Shown piece after piece: positions 35,201-50,090 of a DNA stretch of 64,000 nucleotides. A program made the position numbers and the translations under genes. The stretch's first letter is position 1; each line of letters starts with the position of its first letter. Source of the DNA: the human T2T-CHM13v2.0 reference genome, Homo sapiens. Location of the stretch: assembly GCF_009914755.1 (NCBI RefSeq), contig NC_060935.1; one strand, 5' to 3'. Below the pieces are notes generated by a model, which did not search any database, had not been told where the DNA came from, and saw nothing but the letters and a program-made list of their open reading frames with translations.

Positions 35201-38079
35201 GACAGTGTTACTTTCAAGTGTTCCTTTAATCAACTTAAAATAGTTTTCTAATACATCAAGAGGGATGTCTTCATGAAGTAAAAATTTAAAGAAAACAACC
35301 ATGTGAAGAATTTCTATAAAGTGGCCACTGATGTCCAATAAGTTCCAGGTTGAATGAAGGCTGTAGCATCTGCCTGGACAATGTACAATTAAATTAGACA
35401 CCACATATGGTTAGAAGACAAAATTATGGTCCAGTGTGTTCTGTAAGTTCAAACATCAGAGCTTTCCAATGATACAATTTTTAAAATACCTTTTTTTCTC
35501 AGTATACCTGGAACTCCTGGAGATTATATGAAATTTGACAATATTTGTTACTTCCATAAAATTACTGTAAAAAATAAGAATAGGTATATATTTACATAAC
35601 GTTTTCCCCTTTTGTCTGCTTTGTCATTCTTTTAAAATCACTTCTAAAGAGATTTTAAATTACATAGTCATTTTAGATTCTAGTAAGTAGTCAGACATTG
35701 TTTATCCTAAATTTTTGGAATTGCTGCTTTGCCTCCAGTCAGCTTTTGGTTTATTCACACAAAGGACCTTAGTAAGAGGAATTTTTCTTCCTGTAATTGG
35801 TCCTACTCCCCCTCCAACTTTAGAGACATTCAGTCTCTAAACAAGTTCTACCCAAATGTCATAATTCCCCAAAGTTTGCCGTCTCTCAAAATTCACCCAC
35901 GATATCTTATATCCAGTCTAGGTAGTTGATCAGTACACGCCAAATGCTGAAATACTTCTTCACTAGTGATATCCAAATGTGAGGCAATATAGCATAGTTA
36001 TTATGAACAAGGTCTCAGGCTTTCATTTCTTTTCCTACCATTCCCTAGTTGTATAAGCTTAAGTAGGTTACTTGGCATTTCTGAGCCATGGTTTCCTCAT
36101 CTGTACAAGGAGGATATTAATAACACCTATCTCATAGTTATATATGTTAAATAAGTCATATACATAATAAAGTCCTAAGCATGGTTTCTGCAAAACAGTA
36201 CTATATTAATGTTAACCATGATGTTGGGGACAATGTTTGAATTAGCACGAGAAACAGGTTACCTAAGAGAAAGTTCAAAAATGGATAAAAAAAAAGTACA
36301 AATTTGTGGGCCTCCTCATCACCTTACTCTCTCATTTTATTGATACACTATAAGCCCCTTGATGGTATATATCACTTCTTATTTGACTTTGTATCTTTAA
36401 TATCTAGCACAGTGTCTGCAACTTGGTAAGACTCTTTAAATTTTGGTTGAATGAATGAATTTCCATAGATACTGTCTAATTCACATTGGCAGTCCTTAGT
36501 AATTCACAACATAAGAACTATACCTTTGTGAATTCTCTCCTTTGGAAGATGGAGAGAACACCATCTGGGGGAGAGCCTAACAAAGGGGAGAAGCAGGTGA
36601 ATCCGGATTCCATAGCAAAATCGTGCTATAGATCCCAAATTCAAAAATGCTCTGTAACTTATTCAATGTGCACTTTCCGAGACAGTTCCACAAAAGATCA
36701 TAAATTATAACCCTATTGTAGATTAATTCTCAAACCCTGGGTTGCATTTTCCCCTTTAAACCTACCAAGGATGAAAAGAATTGCTGAATTCTCCTGGAAA
36801 AGTCAATGTTAATATAATTTTTAACCACTTCTTGTAGCATGCTCAATCAATTCAAAACACAACGAAGTAATCCAAACAAATGCACATGACTCAAAAGCAA
36901 CACAAATACTTCTTTAGTTACCCACTGTACCGTGTAATGTTATGTTATGCTTACCACAAAACTGAAATACAAGTCACATTTGACTATGTAAAGATAAAAC
37001 TAGAATATCTACTCATGGCATGATGATAATTCTGCAACAAAATGAATGATCTTGCCAAAATACCATTTCAGCCAGTGACCAGAGAGTGAGGTTTTCTGTG
37101 GAGGAAAATTTTATAATATGAGTAGCAACTAACAGATACTTCCAGCTATAAGGTTTATTCAACACATCCCACAATTACTGCTCTGCCTTGTGAACTTTTA
37201 TAACCTCACTCTGTTACAGACACCATCAATCTTGTAACTGATAAATGTTTAGAAGCAAACAGCAAACATATGGCCTTTCTCTCTCAGAAAGTATAGAAGT
37301 ACTACTGCCAGAAGTTGTATTTACCTATGTTGATTTGTTTAATCCTCATTTTTCATTCTTGATTGGATCATTCCTTTTAGCATAGAAATTCACCAAGAGG
37401 AATGTATAAAGTTCTAAATACAGCAACTAAAACCTAGTTAGTACCATAAAGTAGGAACTAGTATTATTCCTATTTTATAGATGAGGAAACTAAGAGAAAA
37501 ACGATTTTTTAAAAAATTACACACCACTTTCCAGTTAGTAATAGGTGGAGCTGGTTTGTGTTCTTAACTATTACATTATATTGCCTCTCAACTTCATGAC
37601 ATACAGTTTGGGGTCTTTAGGGAATAGGCAGGGGGAACAGGGGTCCAATTATGCAAGAAATTCTGGATCCCTAATTTCATTTTTCTTTCACCAGTATTTC
37701 TTAATTGCTTCTAATTAATATTACCTTGCCAAAACGAAATATATCTTTACGAAGAACTTGGAGGGTTTAAATAGCCTTCATGGGTATAATAGCAGTGCAG
37801 TAGCAGTGATACTATAAGATATAAAAAGAGACAGACTCCTTTGGGATGTGGCAACTGATTAGATTTTATTGACACTGGTGAGAAGATACTTATGAAAATA
37901 AGTGCCTCTTTATTGCTGGATTTTATATTCCAAGTTTCTGCTTCATCAGCCTATCTGATTCACTGTCACTAAAGCAATATATCAAGCATGGTACTTTGAC
38001 TCTTAACCTTATTTTACTCATCTAAAAATACAAAGGAAAAGGCATGTCAATTTCATAGAGTTGTTGTGAGGATTAAACA

Positions 38080-38910
38080 GGGCATCAGAGAGATTTGAGC
38101 AGGGGAGTGGCATAAAAAAGGCTTTGTATTTTAAAAGCTCACTATGGGCTTCCACATAGAAAATGTTTTAGAGAGGGATAATACAGGAAATGAAGTCAGA
38201 TTTGGAAATACATGGTTTCAATAAGAGATGATGCTGATTTTGCAGTACAGTAGTGGTGATTAAGCTGGGGTAAAATCAATGGATATTCAGCTGTACATTT
38301 GGATGCAAAACCAATGACATTTAGAGATAAACTGAGTACAAGGAGTTAGCGATAGGGAAGAGAAAGGAAGAACTCTCTGTTTTTGACATAAGCATCTGAG
38401 TAAATGGAGGTACCATTCACTAACATGGACAAAAATCAAAGATGAGCAGCTGTCTATGAGCAGAAGCAAAGCAGGGGCACACAGAGTGGTATAATGAACA
38501 TCGGAGAGTCAGAAGTGAGGCAGATGGGAGGGGAGAAATGAAAAATTACCTATTGGGTACAACGTACACTATTCCAGTGACAGGTATACTAAAAGCCCAC
38601 ACTTCACCACTCTACAATTCATCCATGTAACCAAAATCACTTTTACCCCTAAATCTATCAAAATTGGAAAAAAAATAAGTTGGGTTAAAAAAGGAATGCA
38701 ATTGGAGACACATTAGCTTTGAGACAACCAAGAGGTGATGTCAAGTAAGACAATACATGAATAGGTTTGAAGCGCAAAAGAGATCTATATGTCAGCTAGA
38801 TGTATACGTTTGAGAATTGTTGGCATATTCATAGCACTGAAAACTATAAAAATAAATAAGGTATCCAAAGGCACAGCTTGAAATGAGAAAACAGGATGAA
38901 GCCCTGGGAA
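38080..38910 (-). mobile_element. L2 remnant, interrupted by an L1MA 3' fragment
   Basis: gatttgagcaggggagtggcat, ttttaaaagctcact, gtttttgacataagcatctgagtaaatggaggtaccattcactaa, gatgtcaagtaagac. Confidence 0.65.
38474..38690 (+). mobile_element. L1MA-type 3'UTR fragment with A tail
   Basis: aaaaattacctattgggtacaacgtacactatt...actaaaagcccacacttcaccact...ttcatccatgtaaccaaaa. Confidence 0.8.
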
Positions 38911-41900
38911 CTTCAAACTTAGTTGTTGTTTTAAAAGTTGCTAATATTTATTCAGAATTTACTTGGTACTAGGCACTACACTAAGTGTTTTTACATAGAT
39001 TATCTTAATTCTTGCAACATCCAATTTTCCATTTTAGTGAAAACTAAGATTTAAAATGGGTTAATTAATCTGCTTAAGATCACATGGCTAGTAAATGGAA
39101 GAAAAGGACTTTGCTCTCTGACAAATGACCTAGTCTAACAGAGTGGAAGTTGACAAAGGATTAAATAAGGCATGTGAATCTCTAAGAAGAATGCTTGACA
39201 CAAAAAGGTACTTACAAGTAGTAGCTATTGTTATTTTCTTAATAAATAAGTTGGGGAGTAAATAAAGTTAGTGGATTGCCCACACTCTCATAAGAAATCT
39301 GTCATGTATGATATATTTAAATACCTTTCTGTATATAAAGGTTTTACCACTCCAATTAGATTGCCAAACAATTTAAAGATAAGCTCAAAGTCAATTAAAA
39401 TTCATATGCTTCAAATAAAAATGTGGTAAGGTATTTATGGAAGATATTTTAGAAAATAAAGGAGGAAAATAACCAATCAGAGTCTCACTGCAAAATTATA
39501 TTTTTGTATCTACTGTTGATAGTACATTTTTTCTGGTTTTCATATTTTGAACTTCTCTATAGAATAATTTGAACCATTTCAGGCATATAATTTTATATTT
39601 TATTTTTAAAACCTGACATTACATCGTCAGCCTTTGCTATCTTATTATAGTCTTTGCAACAACATAATGACTGCCATCCCTACACTAATAGATTTTCTAG
39701 TTCATGTAATAATTCCTGTCTTATTGAACATTTAGGTTATCACAATTATAGGACCTTACACAAAGTTCTGTTATAAATAACTTTATTCCCCAGCCCTTTG
39801 TACTTAAAATTATTTACTGAAGAGAGAGTTCCCAAGCTGAAATTACTAGGTCAAAGATTTCTAATTTGTACCAGAATCTTAATGTATCAAATTTTATACT
39901 GAGCTTATTTTTATTCTCCATAGTACCTAACATAATGCTGCACACAGAGTAGGTATTTTATAAATACATATTGTTTAAATAAATAATAAAATAGATGAGA
40001 AAGCTTCACCAAACCATTATTATCACATAGACTTAACCTATCATTACATTAAATAAAATTAACAAGGAAGCCAGCATCATTATAAATACATAACAACAGA
40101 AGATCAACAAAAATATACTTTAAAAGTAAAAGGCACTGTATGCATGCAAAATGCATTATTTAAATACATGGATCTCTAATTTCCAATTTAGAGAATTTTA
40201 GCTTAAAAAGCAAATTTACAGACTTCCTTAGAATTCCTTGCCAACAACAAAAACAAACAGAAGAAATGACAGAAAAATTGTTTTTAATGAAATACTTTAA
40301 AATAACTTTTAAAATCTAACTTTCTATTAGCTCTATTTTTAATAGAAAATTACATATAAAGTAGTGATTCAATACACAATGAAAATGAATATTCAGCTTA
40401 CCCAAATATGTGCTCAATCTTTTCTCTCCCTAATCCTCATAACCCTATTGCCCTGCCACCAGTTCCACACTGTCATAAACCAATTTTATATATACTTATT
40501 GGTATGTAAGGTTGTAATCTCAAATTCAAAGTTCAATAAGACATTTATATATACAGAATAACTTTAATAAACACTGGCCATATTCCAGGCATTCTACTAG
40601 GAACTACCCTAAACTATTTACAAGTTTCTGAATGTCCCCTGATCTTTCTCTTCTGGACCTCCATGCACATGCTGTTACTTTGCCCCATTCATCTTGTTTC
40701 ACTTAGTAACTTCTTTATTTTATTTCAAGTTTCCATTAGCTATAACCTCTACTACAGAGTTTCCTTTTGTGCTCCAAGAATGTGTTAGATGCTGCTCCTG
40801 TTGTGCTACTATAAGCCTGTGCTTATTTCTTATCATATTATATCATAATTGCCTATTAACTTTTTGTCTCCTCCACTATACTATCACTGCCTAGAGGATA
40901 AATGATTTACCTTTCCTATAAATTAAGAGGATTCAAGTTACCCTTATTACGTACACTCTTTTGAGTGTGTTGTGTGTTTATAAATGTTAACTGTCTTGAG
41001 ACTAGATGGTATATATGGCCCAATTTCATAATTATAATTGGCTCTCTAGTTTTCCATGCATTATATTCATTCCTCTGATTAATTGAAAACTTTCAGGGGT
41101 CAGGGTTTTTTGCCTTAACCTTCTCACGCAACCTCCAGAGTGTTATTACAAAATAGTCATTAGTTAACTGTTAATGAGTAGTTACTTTGGATACAATCAT
41201 GATCTAATATAACTACCACTGGAGCCCAGGTCAGGGGCAGTTTTAAATCACTGCTTAAACTTTCCTATATGAACCAGGGATTTGACACAACGTAATCTGT
41301 GTAACCCATCAGAAAAGCAATTTCTTAACATTTTCCAGGGAGCCAACAAACACTCATATTCCAAATTCTCATTTCTCAGAATCTCTTCAAAAATAATTTA
41401 AAAGTCAGAGACTACTATTTTCATGAAAATGTTTATAGGAGTTTCATTTTCTCTTTAAAAATAGATGAAGCTTAAGTAAATGGGAAATAAGTTATCTCCA
41501 CCTGAAAAATTTTTCCTCCTATGGCAGGATACTGATATAACTTCTGGCCTTTCTCTGCCCGTTAATTCATTTTGCTTTTCATGAGAGCTGGAAATAGGAA
41601 AGTAGGATGAATTACTTGACTGTCATTTTTGGCAAAATATAAACCAGGCATGTGTCGCCCACCTGCACCCTTCTTCCTCTTGGGAACAAGTAAGCCAAAT
41701 GGAGCAGCTGGTCTCCAGTGCTCTCCAAGGGTCTGATCTTCCTCACTGTTGAGAGCAGGCCTAGTTCATTACTGGTTGCAATTGAGAAAAGGGGAGGGTG
41801 GAGAGGTAGTCTGCCTATGTCCAAGGTTTAGTTAGCAGACCGATTTGGCTTTCATAATAAGCTATATGTTCCAACCTAGGCTTAATGAGTAATATAGGTA

Positions 41901-44900
41901 ATATTTTGGCTCCATCTGCCACTCAGTTGTTTTATTCTCAAGTTATTCAAAGCCTAGGCAGAGAAGAGGAATGGCTTCCCTAAGAAACCAACAGATGGGA
42001 ATATGCAAAAGTGAAAATAGCTTGCTTTTGTGGTAGTTAAACTATAAGTGATTCTTCCTTTCTGTTTTCCTAAATTTTCATTACTGTAATACAATATCTT
42101 CATTAAAAGAGAGAGGTTGTAGGAGGGCTAAACAACAACAAAAGACAAAATAAACAAAAAAAATGTCCTTACTAATATTAGGTTAATCTTTTATTATTGC
42201 ACCTGCTTGAAAATAATTAAACTGGATTTCAAAAGTAAAACAAAATATTTTAAAAGACCAAGTTTTCAACATAAAATAAAAGTAAAAAACATATGCCTAC
42301 TTGTAAAGTTCAAGTGCATGAGCTTAGGTGCTGTAATTTGAATAGTCTGAGTTTTACAGAAGGGAAGAGGAAATATGATGACTCTTTTCAACTATTCTAG
42401 AAGGCAAGGCATTTTGGAAGAGAAGAATAACTTCTCTAGCGATGTCTGTTATTCTCTACAGGATTTTAAACATCATTATCACTAGTTGGCAGAGGAAGGA
42501 TCCAATATGTCACTGAAAAATACGTCTCTAAACGAATCAAATGATGCCAGTGAAAAGCTTCATCTAAAACTAGGCCTACAATTTTGCTTCTTTGAGTCTC
42601 AGGTTTAGTAGGAAGCACCAAACTGCAACCTCAAAACTCTGACAGCAACCCTGCTTCCTCCATATTATTAGCTCCCATAAACCCCCTTTCTATTTCTTGG
42701 AAACTTGATTGCTTCAGTTCAAAGGATCCCGAACAGAATTTGCAAAAGCGCAACCTAATTCCCTCTATGATAAAGAAAATAATTTAGTTTCTATCTGAGA
42801 GCTGTGTTATCTACCACAGGGCAGGAGCTTTGGGTGGAGATCCCTCAGCAGTATATCAACAGCTACCACACAGTACTCCTTACTTACTAAATCTCAGCAA
42901 TCTTAGTTTGTATTCTGATACAGGAAGAAATACAGTTAGATAAATTTGAGCATAGAAATGGAATTATGAGGATAGGCTAGAAACTTTTCAGATGAGGCAA
43001 ATAATTAAATTACCTTGACCAGTAAAGCAAAACCAATTCATTATGAAAATATATCATACCCTGATTACTGAATTTTATGTTTTTATCTTTCTGCTTCATT
43101 TATCTAGTAGACTATTCCTAATGTAATCCACCAGGAGGGCACTTTGACTCCAAACATCAGTTTCATAATCTGTAAAATGGGGATAATATTTCAGAGTGAA
43201 GCTTAAACTAGGCAATTATTTTAGCAAAGCCTGTTACCTTCAACACTAATTTCACAGAAGGCCAAAAATGACCCTTATTTTTCACAATTGATAGGTGTCT
43301 GTCTTTCTGATCATCGGATTAACATAAATTACTTCCTTAAATTTCATGCAGCCTAACTATTGCCAACTTGCATTTCAAACCCCTTTGAATCCTAACTCTT
43401 TCTTCTGCTCCATCCTGTATATGTAATACCCAAACTTGCACGTCATCTCCTTTTCTTGAAGAGTCACAATGCGTCTTGGCATATTAGATGCACTGAGATG
43501 CTCTGCAGTAAAGAGATATGTTCTTTTTATTTGTTTGTTTGTTGACAATTTCTAAAAAGCTTTATTTTAATATTTCCTTGGCTACTTTTCCATAGAACAC
43601 AGTGGGAAATAAGATGCTAAAATATAGAGATAGTTATCTCTTAGTGGCACAAATGTAGGTGAGTTCTATTTTCTTCTTTCTTCTTCTACACAATTTCCCT
43701 CCAAATCTGAAATTTCCTTATTTTATGATCAGGGAAATTATTCTTCTTATAAACAGCCTAGTGACACTAAGACTATATTTACCAAGTGCTTGCTGTTCCT
43801 AGATTGTTGTCCCTCGATTTTAGTGCATATCTTAATTTCCTCATTAAGTACCTTGGGCATTTCATTAGTAGAGTGGGCAAATCATTACCATAATACTTCT
43901 CATGGCAAACATTTTGAAATCTAAATACAATGAAATGCTAGCAAATAAGACAAGAACATTTCAATTTTAAGACTCCTTTAAAAATTGAAATCCAAGAGTT
44001 CATATGTAGAGTCATTGTACTAAACAATGATCAATTTGACCTTTTCAGGTTGAGGCATTCTAATTCAGACTTCATAGCTTTTGGAGTGAGAAGGTTTAGC
44101 CTCAATGAACATGTGGGCCATTTCTTAGCTGTGTTATCTAGAATATAATGTATTACATAATCTCCCTGAGTATCTGTTTTCTCATCTGCAAGATGGGAAC
44201 AAAGTCACTCATACCTCTGGGCTATTAAAATAACTGGGACAAATCTCTGTCAAAGTACTTGGTAAATGAAAATATAAAATTATACAGAAATTATTTTAAA
44301 ATAAATAAAAAGTATCATTTTTAAAATTCAAGTAGGAAAAAAACTAAATAAAAAATGAATGTCTCATGGTAGTGCTCACATTTCTTAAGGACATATCCTA
44401 AATACAGTTTTGCAAAAAATCACCAGTAAATGTCAAATAGACATTTCTTCTCTAACTAAAAGACATTCTGATCATTAGTAGGTAAAAATACAATTCTCAC
44501 TAAGTGAGAGTTTTACCTGTTATCTCCATGAGAATTCTACTCCTGTTGCCTGAGAGATCCCTTTTCTAGCTTTCATTCATAGTAAGTAAAATGTGCAAAA
44601 GTTGCCTTCCTAATAGTCTACTAATTTATTTTACTAAAGATAATTTTCTCAGCTTTGATAGTATCTTGTTTTATAGAGCAATACCTTTTTTTGACCTTCA
44701 ATACATGACACAAAGCAATTATTTCATGATTTTTAAATATAAAAGCACCTACTGTCAAACTGTCAGACTAAAAATGACTAGATTTCAAGATTAATGAATG
44801 TTAACAAGAAAACTAACCATCTTTCTCCTGTTAATTGTCCTTCTATGCAATATTAGTTTTTGTTATAACATGTCAAACCACAGGCTTAAATCGCTTAGAA

Positions 44901-46029
44901 ATGGATATATTCCATATGCAACACAAGAAGTCCTCAGGAAGTCTATCAAATTAAAGACAGGATGGGGAATAAAAGATCACTTACTATCGTGGTACTCTAC
45001 AGCCATGATTAAGATAAGGCTGACCAGAGAGAGACCTTAACAGGACCCCTTGGGAATCTGCAATCATACATTGTCTTTTCCACCTGTGGAGTCCAGAGAA
45101 ATGTGAGAAATAACCTTTAGACTTCTTTATATTGATTATGTATCCATTTTAAAACCACTGGACACTATCAATTGGACACTATCAATTTTTAAAACATTAT
45201 CCTATTATTTAGTTGAGCGATTCAATATCTGTGGCTTCAGTTTTGTCATCTGTAAAAATAGAGTCGGGACAATGTAAATTAGGGTCCATCAAAACAATGG
45301 GATTTTGTGAAGTCATTAAAATAATAAATGTGAATACTTCAACAGAATAGAAAGCAGATTTTTATGGGAGAAAATCAAGATTAAAAAATTACTTGCATAC
45401 TTAAATTAAAACTATGCATAAATGCATTAACATGAACAACAATCTGAGAACATGGAGAAATGAATAATGTGTTCTTACGCTCTTTGTTATTTTTATATTG
45501 CCTAAAGTTCTTCCCTTTAGCCAGCAAAGTTAAATAAAGGGGTTAAGCTACTTTGATTAGCATTAAAATTCAATAACCCTATACCTCCATGATATGAATA
45601 CATATGGTTGCTTTGTTCTTCAAGTACTTTGTATACATTCGTCATTCTCTATGAGTATATTGTGAGATTCCTAAAGAAGAAAACCATGAGTTTTACCCTT
45701 TCAATCTGCTGCACATAAAAACTCAGCACGTATGTCAAAGTTCATAGACTTAGGGATTCAGGACTTGCAAAATCCATCCTATAGTGAGTTAAATTATTTC
45801 CAGTCTTGTGGTACCAATTATATCGTATATCAGAACTCAGCTCATAAGCCCCCTTGGCAAAAGGAATTAGTAGATTTTAGGAGTATTTAAAAAATTTGTA
45901 TCTTCCTAAATAGACTATTTCCGTGAGGGTAAAGATCTATCTGCTGTGTTGGTCATCCTATCTCTAGCACCTAGCACTATGTCTGCAATATGGAAGACTG
46001 GCCACAAGTATTTGCTATATCATTAGATA

Positions 46030-46140
46030 AAAATTCCTCAATCTGAACATTATTGACATTTTATTTTTTGTTGGAGGGGCTGTACACTGTAGGATGTTTA
46101 GCAGAATCTCTGGCCTCTACACACTAGATGCCAGTAATTA
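46030..46140 (+). mobile_element. MER20 (hAT-Charlie) fragment
   Basis: cattattgacatttt...ggggctgt...tgtaggatgtttagcagaatctctggcctctacacactagatgccagta. Confidence 0.75.
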
Positions 46141-46699
46141 TCTGCACTAGGTTCTCAATAAACATGTGATAATAGCTGAAATTGCTCAAAATTATTTTTA
46201 GTTGTAGTACATAATTGGTAGCAGAAATGCTGCTGATACTTTCTCATGGCACAGAATGTTAGGAAATATAAACCGGGACGTAAGTGAATATTCTTTACAA
46301 GAACTATTACCATCAGTAATGTAAGAATCTACCAAACACCCAGAGTTTAAAGAGTTCTAGGAAAGCTTTCCAGCATATAAAGAGATGTAAGGTTTATAAC
46401 CAAAACTTAGGGGGTAAAATGATGGGGAAAATATAGTTAGAAGAAAGCTAGTTACATCAAAACAAAAAGTCATTAATTCGCTAATATCTAATATATTGCC
46501 AGATTTCTCATTCCCTTTCCAATAATTTACCTAATTTGAACCTATACATCTATGATGGGAATCTCTAGCTATCAGAAATTGTTAGGAGACCCTCTTCACC
46601 TTGGCTAGATGTCCAGTCTTTCCAATTGTCAGAACCCACAATGCTTACATTCTGAAGGAACTCCAACCTTCCCAGGAAGAGAACTGACCCACTGTGTCA

Positions 46700-46700
<1 letters not shown>

Positions 46701-46739
<39 letters not shown>
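46701..46739. repeat. (CA)n microsatellite, about 19 units
   Basis: Uninterrupted CA run seen directly. Confidence 0.98.
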
Positions 46740-46745
<6 letters not shown>

Positions 46746-49700
46746 CATACATCTTCTGAACTGAGGGTAAAAAGGTTCATGAAGTCTTTAGTGGGAACAA
46801 AGAAGGAATTAAAAATGTACACTAAAAAATTCCTAATAGGCTGCTGTCCTATGTCTTTGCTTGCCCTCTTACTCTAATTACCTCGGCTAGACCACATAGA
46901 AGAAAATATAAAAAAGAATCCTTTCTAAAAGCAGAAAACAGTACTTGGCCTAAAGAACAAGACTTTGTCTTTCGTTTCTTTAGGCCTTACCTAGGCTTTC
47001 CAAAGAAAGCATCACCAAGATCCCAAGAAAATATCACCTCCAGCTTGAAGTTTCACTACCGTAAATGCAGGAAGAAAGGAACAAACAGGAAGACAATGGC
47101 ATTTCCAATGCCTTCTCATTCCACTCCTCTCATGATAGGTTTCAAAACTTCCCTCAAGAAAGTGGCCAGAGTTTTGTTCAATGTTGGACGAGTACATGTT
47201 AGAGATGTCTTTTCTGAGCCCTCCTCTCAGAGAAGGCTGGTTTAAGACAAGAAAAAATCAAAGATATTTAATGAACAGAAGATTTATATAAAACGATGTG
47301 ATTTGTTATGCACTTAATATATTTTATGTCAAACTTGATTACCACTCAATTTCTATGTGGATTTCAAAGTCAGATTCTTTCAATCATGTCTCAATGTATA
47401 AAACCTACTCATGCTTTTTTAATCTCAACAAATTTGTGATTTGCTGGGCACTCAGTCTCTGTTTGCTCTGCATTAGCATTATTGTAAGGCTTAATAGATT
47501 TCCCTTTTTCGTCTAGCTGGGTCTGAGTACCCAGTTAAAGCCTCAAGCCACTAGTGGCATCATTAATGCCACAATGATTAAGCGAGACAGCCAAGCGCCA
47601 GTGCACCATGAAGAACAACAGATTTCAAAGTCATCAAGTCTGAAGCATTGTCATGCTTCTTAAACAGGGTAAAATGCATTAAGTTCCTATTATTTTCACA
47701 TTCTTCAGGTAAATGAAGAGGGTTGTTTCTAGCCTGTCAATAGTGCCTCAGAACTTTAACTAGATGTTAGGACACAATGATGTATAATCATCACATTCTT
47801 ACCAGTTTCAGTCCAGCAGTATTGACTTAACTCTACTGGAAGAAATATATACTTGCAGTAAAAGCAGGCATGTTTATTCTAACTCTGTAAGAAGATAGAC
47901 CATTGGCATTCCCCCAAAATTTGCTTGATTACTTATCAAATTATTCAAATTTGCAGAGATATATACTATATAAATTCCCTCCCCAAGAAATGAAATATAA
48001 ATTTAAAATGTAAGTTCTTTCATTAATTTATCAATTCACTCATTCTACAAGTTGTATTCAGGTTTAACTATGTGCCAAGCACTATGCTAAGGGCTGGGAA
48101 TATATTAATAAACAAAACAGACACAGTTTCTGCTCTTGTGCTAGCAGAGAAAACAGATATTGAAAAAAATATTACATATGTGATGAATATTAGAAGGAGG
48201 CGTGGAAAATGTTTGAATACATTTATAGTGCGGAGTTGTGAAAAACTATGACTAAGAAATTAGACCTTAATCCCAAAATTTAGCAGCTGTATAACCTTGG
48301 CTAGTCACTCAAAGTCTCATTTTTTCTAGTCTTTAAAATAGAGTTAATTATCTAATTATATCTTCCTCAGAGGGTGTGGTAAAAGTAAAGTATAAATTAA
48401 ATTGCATGCAAAAGCACCCAGGATAGACTTGGCACAAAACACGCACCTAGTAAGTGATAATAGACCCTCAAGCCATCTGATAAGTCATGCTTTTTGAGTG
48501 TCGTTTGAAAATGTAGTAGCTTTTGTGCTGTAGGTCTTATCAATCAAAGTGATTAGTAGGTAATGTATTTAAAATTCTAAATAATGATAAAATAGCTAGA
48601 AAGACACTTCTCAGCAAGATAAATTTTTAAAAGAATGGCTAGAAAATTTCTCTTTTGGATCAAGAAGAAAAGACTGAGCATATTTGCTCCAAGAATGAAA
48701 ATCAATATGCAAGAAAAGTGAAGAGAATGTTCTCTAATGTTGAAAATGTCATTATAAAGGGCAAGGAGGTATAATGAAGGTTCCTAGGTGACAAAAATCA
48801 GACGAGCATGGGAAAGTTTGGATAAATGAACAAACATCATCGTTGGGAGTTCATAGTCTATTTCTAAATAAGAAAATTCCATTCTGTAATATCAAACTGA
48901 ATTCTTACTACTCACGAAGTGGTTGTCTTTGAAATCAAAGTAGTCCCTTTGTTTAAAACTTAAAACTCATAAAATTTAAATATTAACTGACAAAAGAATT
49001 TCAGGAGAGAATAGAGGTTTTCATAAAGGGCCAAACATTTTGCATTATATACCTTGAAAACTGTGAGCCACATTTGTTCTATTTTAACAACATAAGCAAA
49101 ACAGAAACTTGGTAATGAATTTATAAGATATAGCAGTGAATGTTTTGATCTACTTATAATTACTTCACTGTTGTTAAAAGGATTTGGCAATGTAATGACT
49201 GATATAAGCACTAGAGTCATTAACATGTATTTACTGGTATGCAAATTGGTTGCCAAAGGAAACATCTTTGTATCTTTACCTTGTGTTGCTATGCACAATT
49301 TTAAAAAGAAGAGAAAAATATGCAAGCCTTCCCGTTATTTTATCAATTTGGGAAGGTCTAAGAATCACAACATTGGAAGCATCCTTAGAAATGCACTTGC
49401 TTTTGTTGCCTGTGAACTGGCAGGAAAATGGAAATTCTTCAGACCCTCCTCATTGTATAGTTCTGTGTTTAGTCATCTTTGGAGCTCAGAATCATTTCAC
49501 TGTTCCTAGCTAAAGCCTTTCTTAAATCAATTTATTTACTACTCTATACGCTACTTGCCCTATTGTTTCCACTACATTACGCTTTTTAAATTTTTTTCTA
49601 CATTGTCATATCTGCTCTAGTTTGGCTTTTATTCTATCACAAGTAAAGGAATGAATCTGGGGCCTGAACTCTGGTTCCAATGCAGTGACATCCTAGCTAA

Positions 49701-50090
49701 TCGACTATAAGGAAGGCACTTCACCTCTATGGCCTCAGTTTTCTCTCTGTAAATTGACAAAAATTGAACTAAATTATCATTGAATTACCTTCCAGCCCTG
49801 CCATTCCATGATTTCCATAAAGGTTGATGAGGTGCCATCTGCTTTAGGAGGAAAAAAACACTAAAGAAAAAGATTCAGAATGTAGTGTGGGGTCTGCCAA
49901 CTTGGGAAACCATGTTACCTCTCTGAGACTAATTTGTGTCATCTGTCAACTAGGCATAATTATACCTTCCCTGTCTACCACATAAGATGACTGATCCAGT
50001 GAGGTGAAGATACAGGTTAGCATATAGTATAAACTTTATCCTTACTAATCTCTTAAAACCTGGCAGACAGGAAAAAATATAGTGAGTACA

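Noticed and set aside
48960-49513. Overlapping 121-, 112- and 87-aa ORFs in unique DNA
   Set aside because: Composition typical of random AT-rich frames, with no domain or exon structure.
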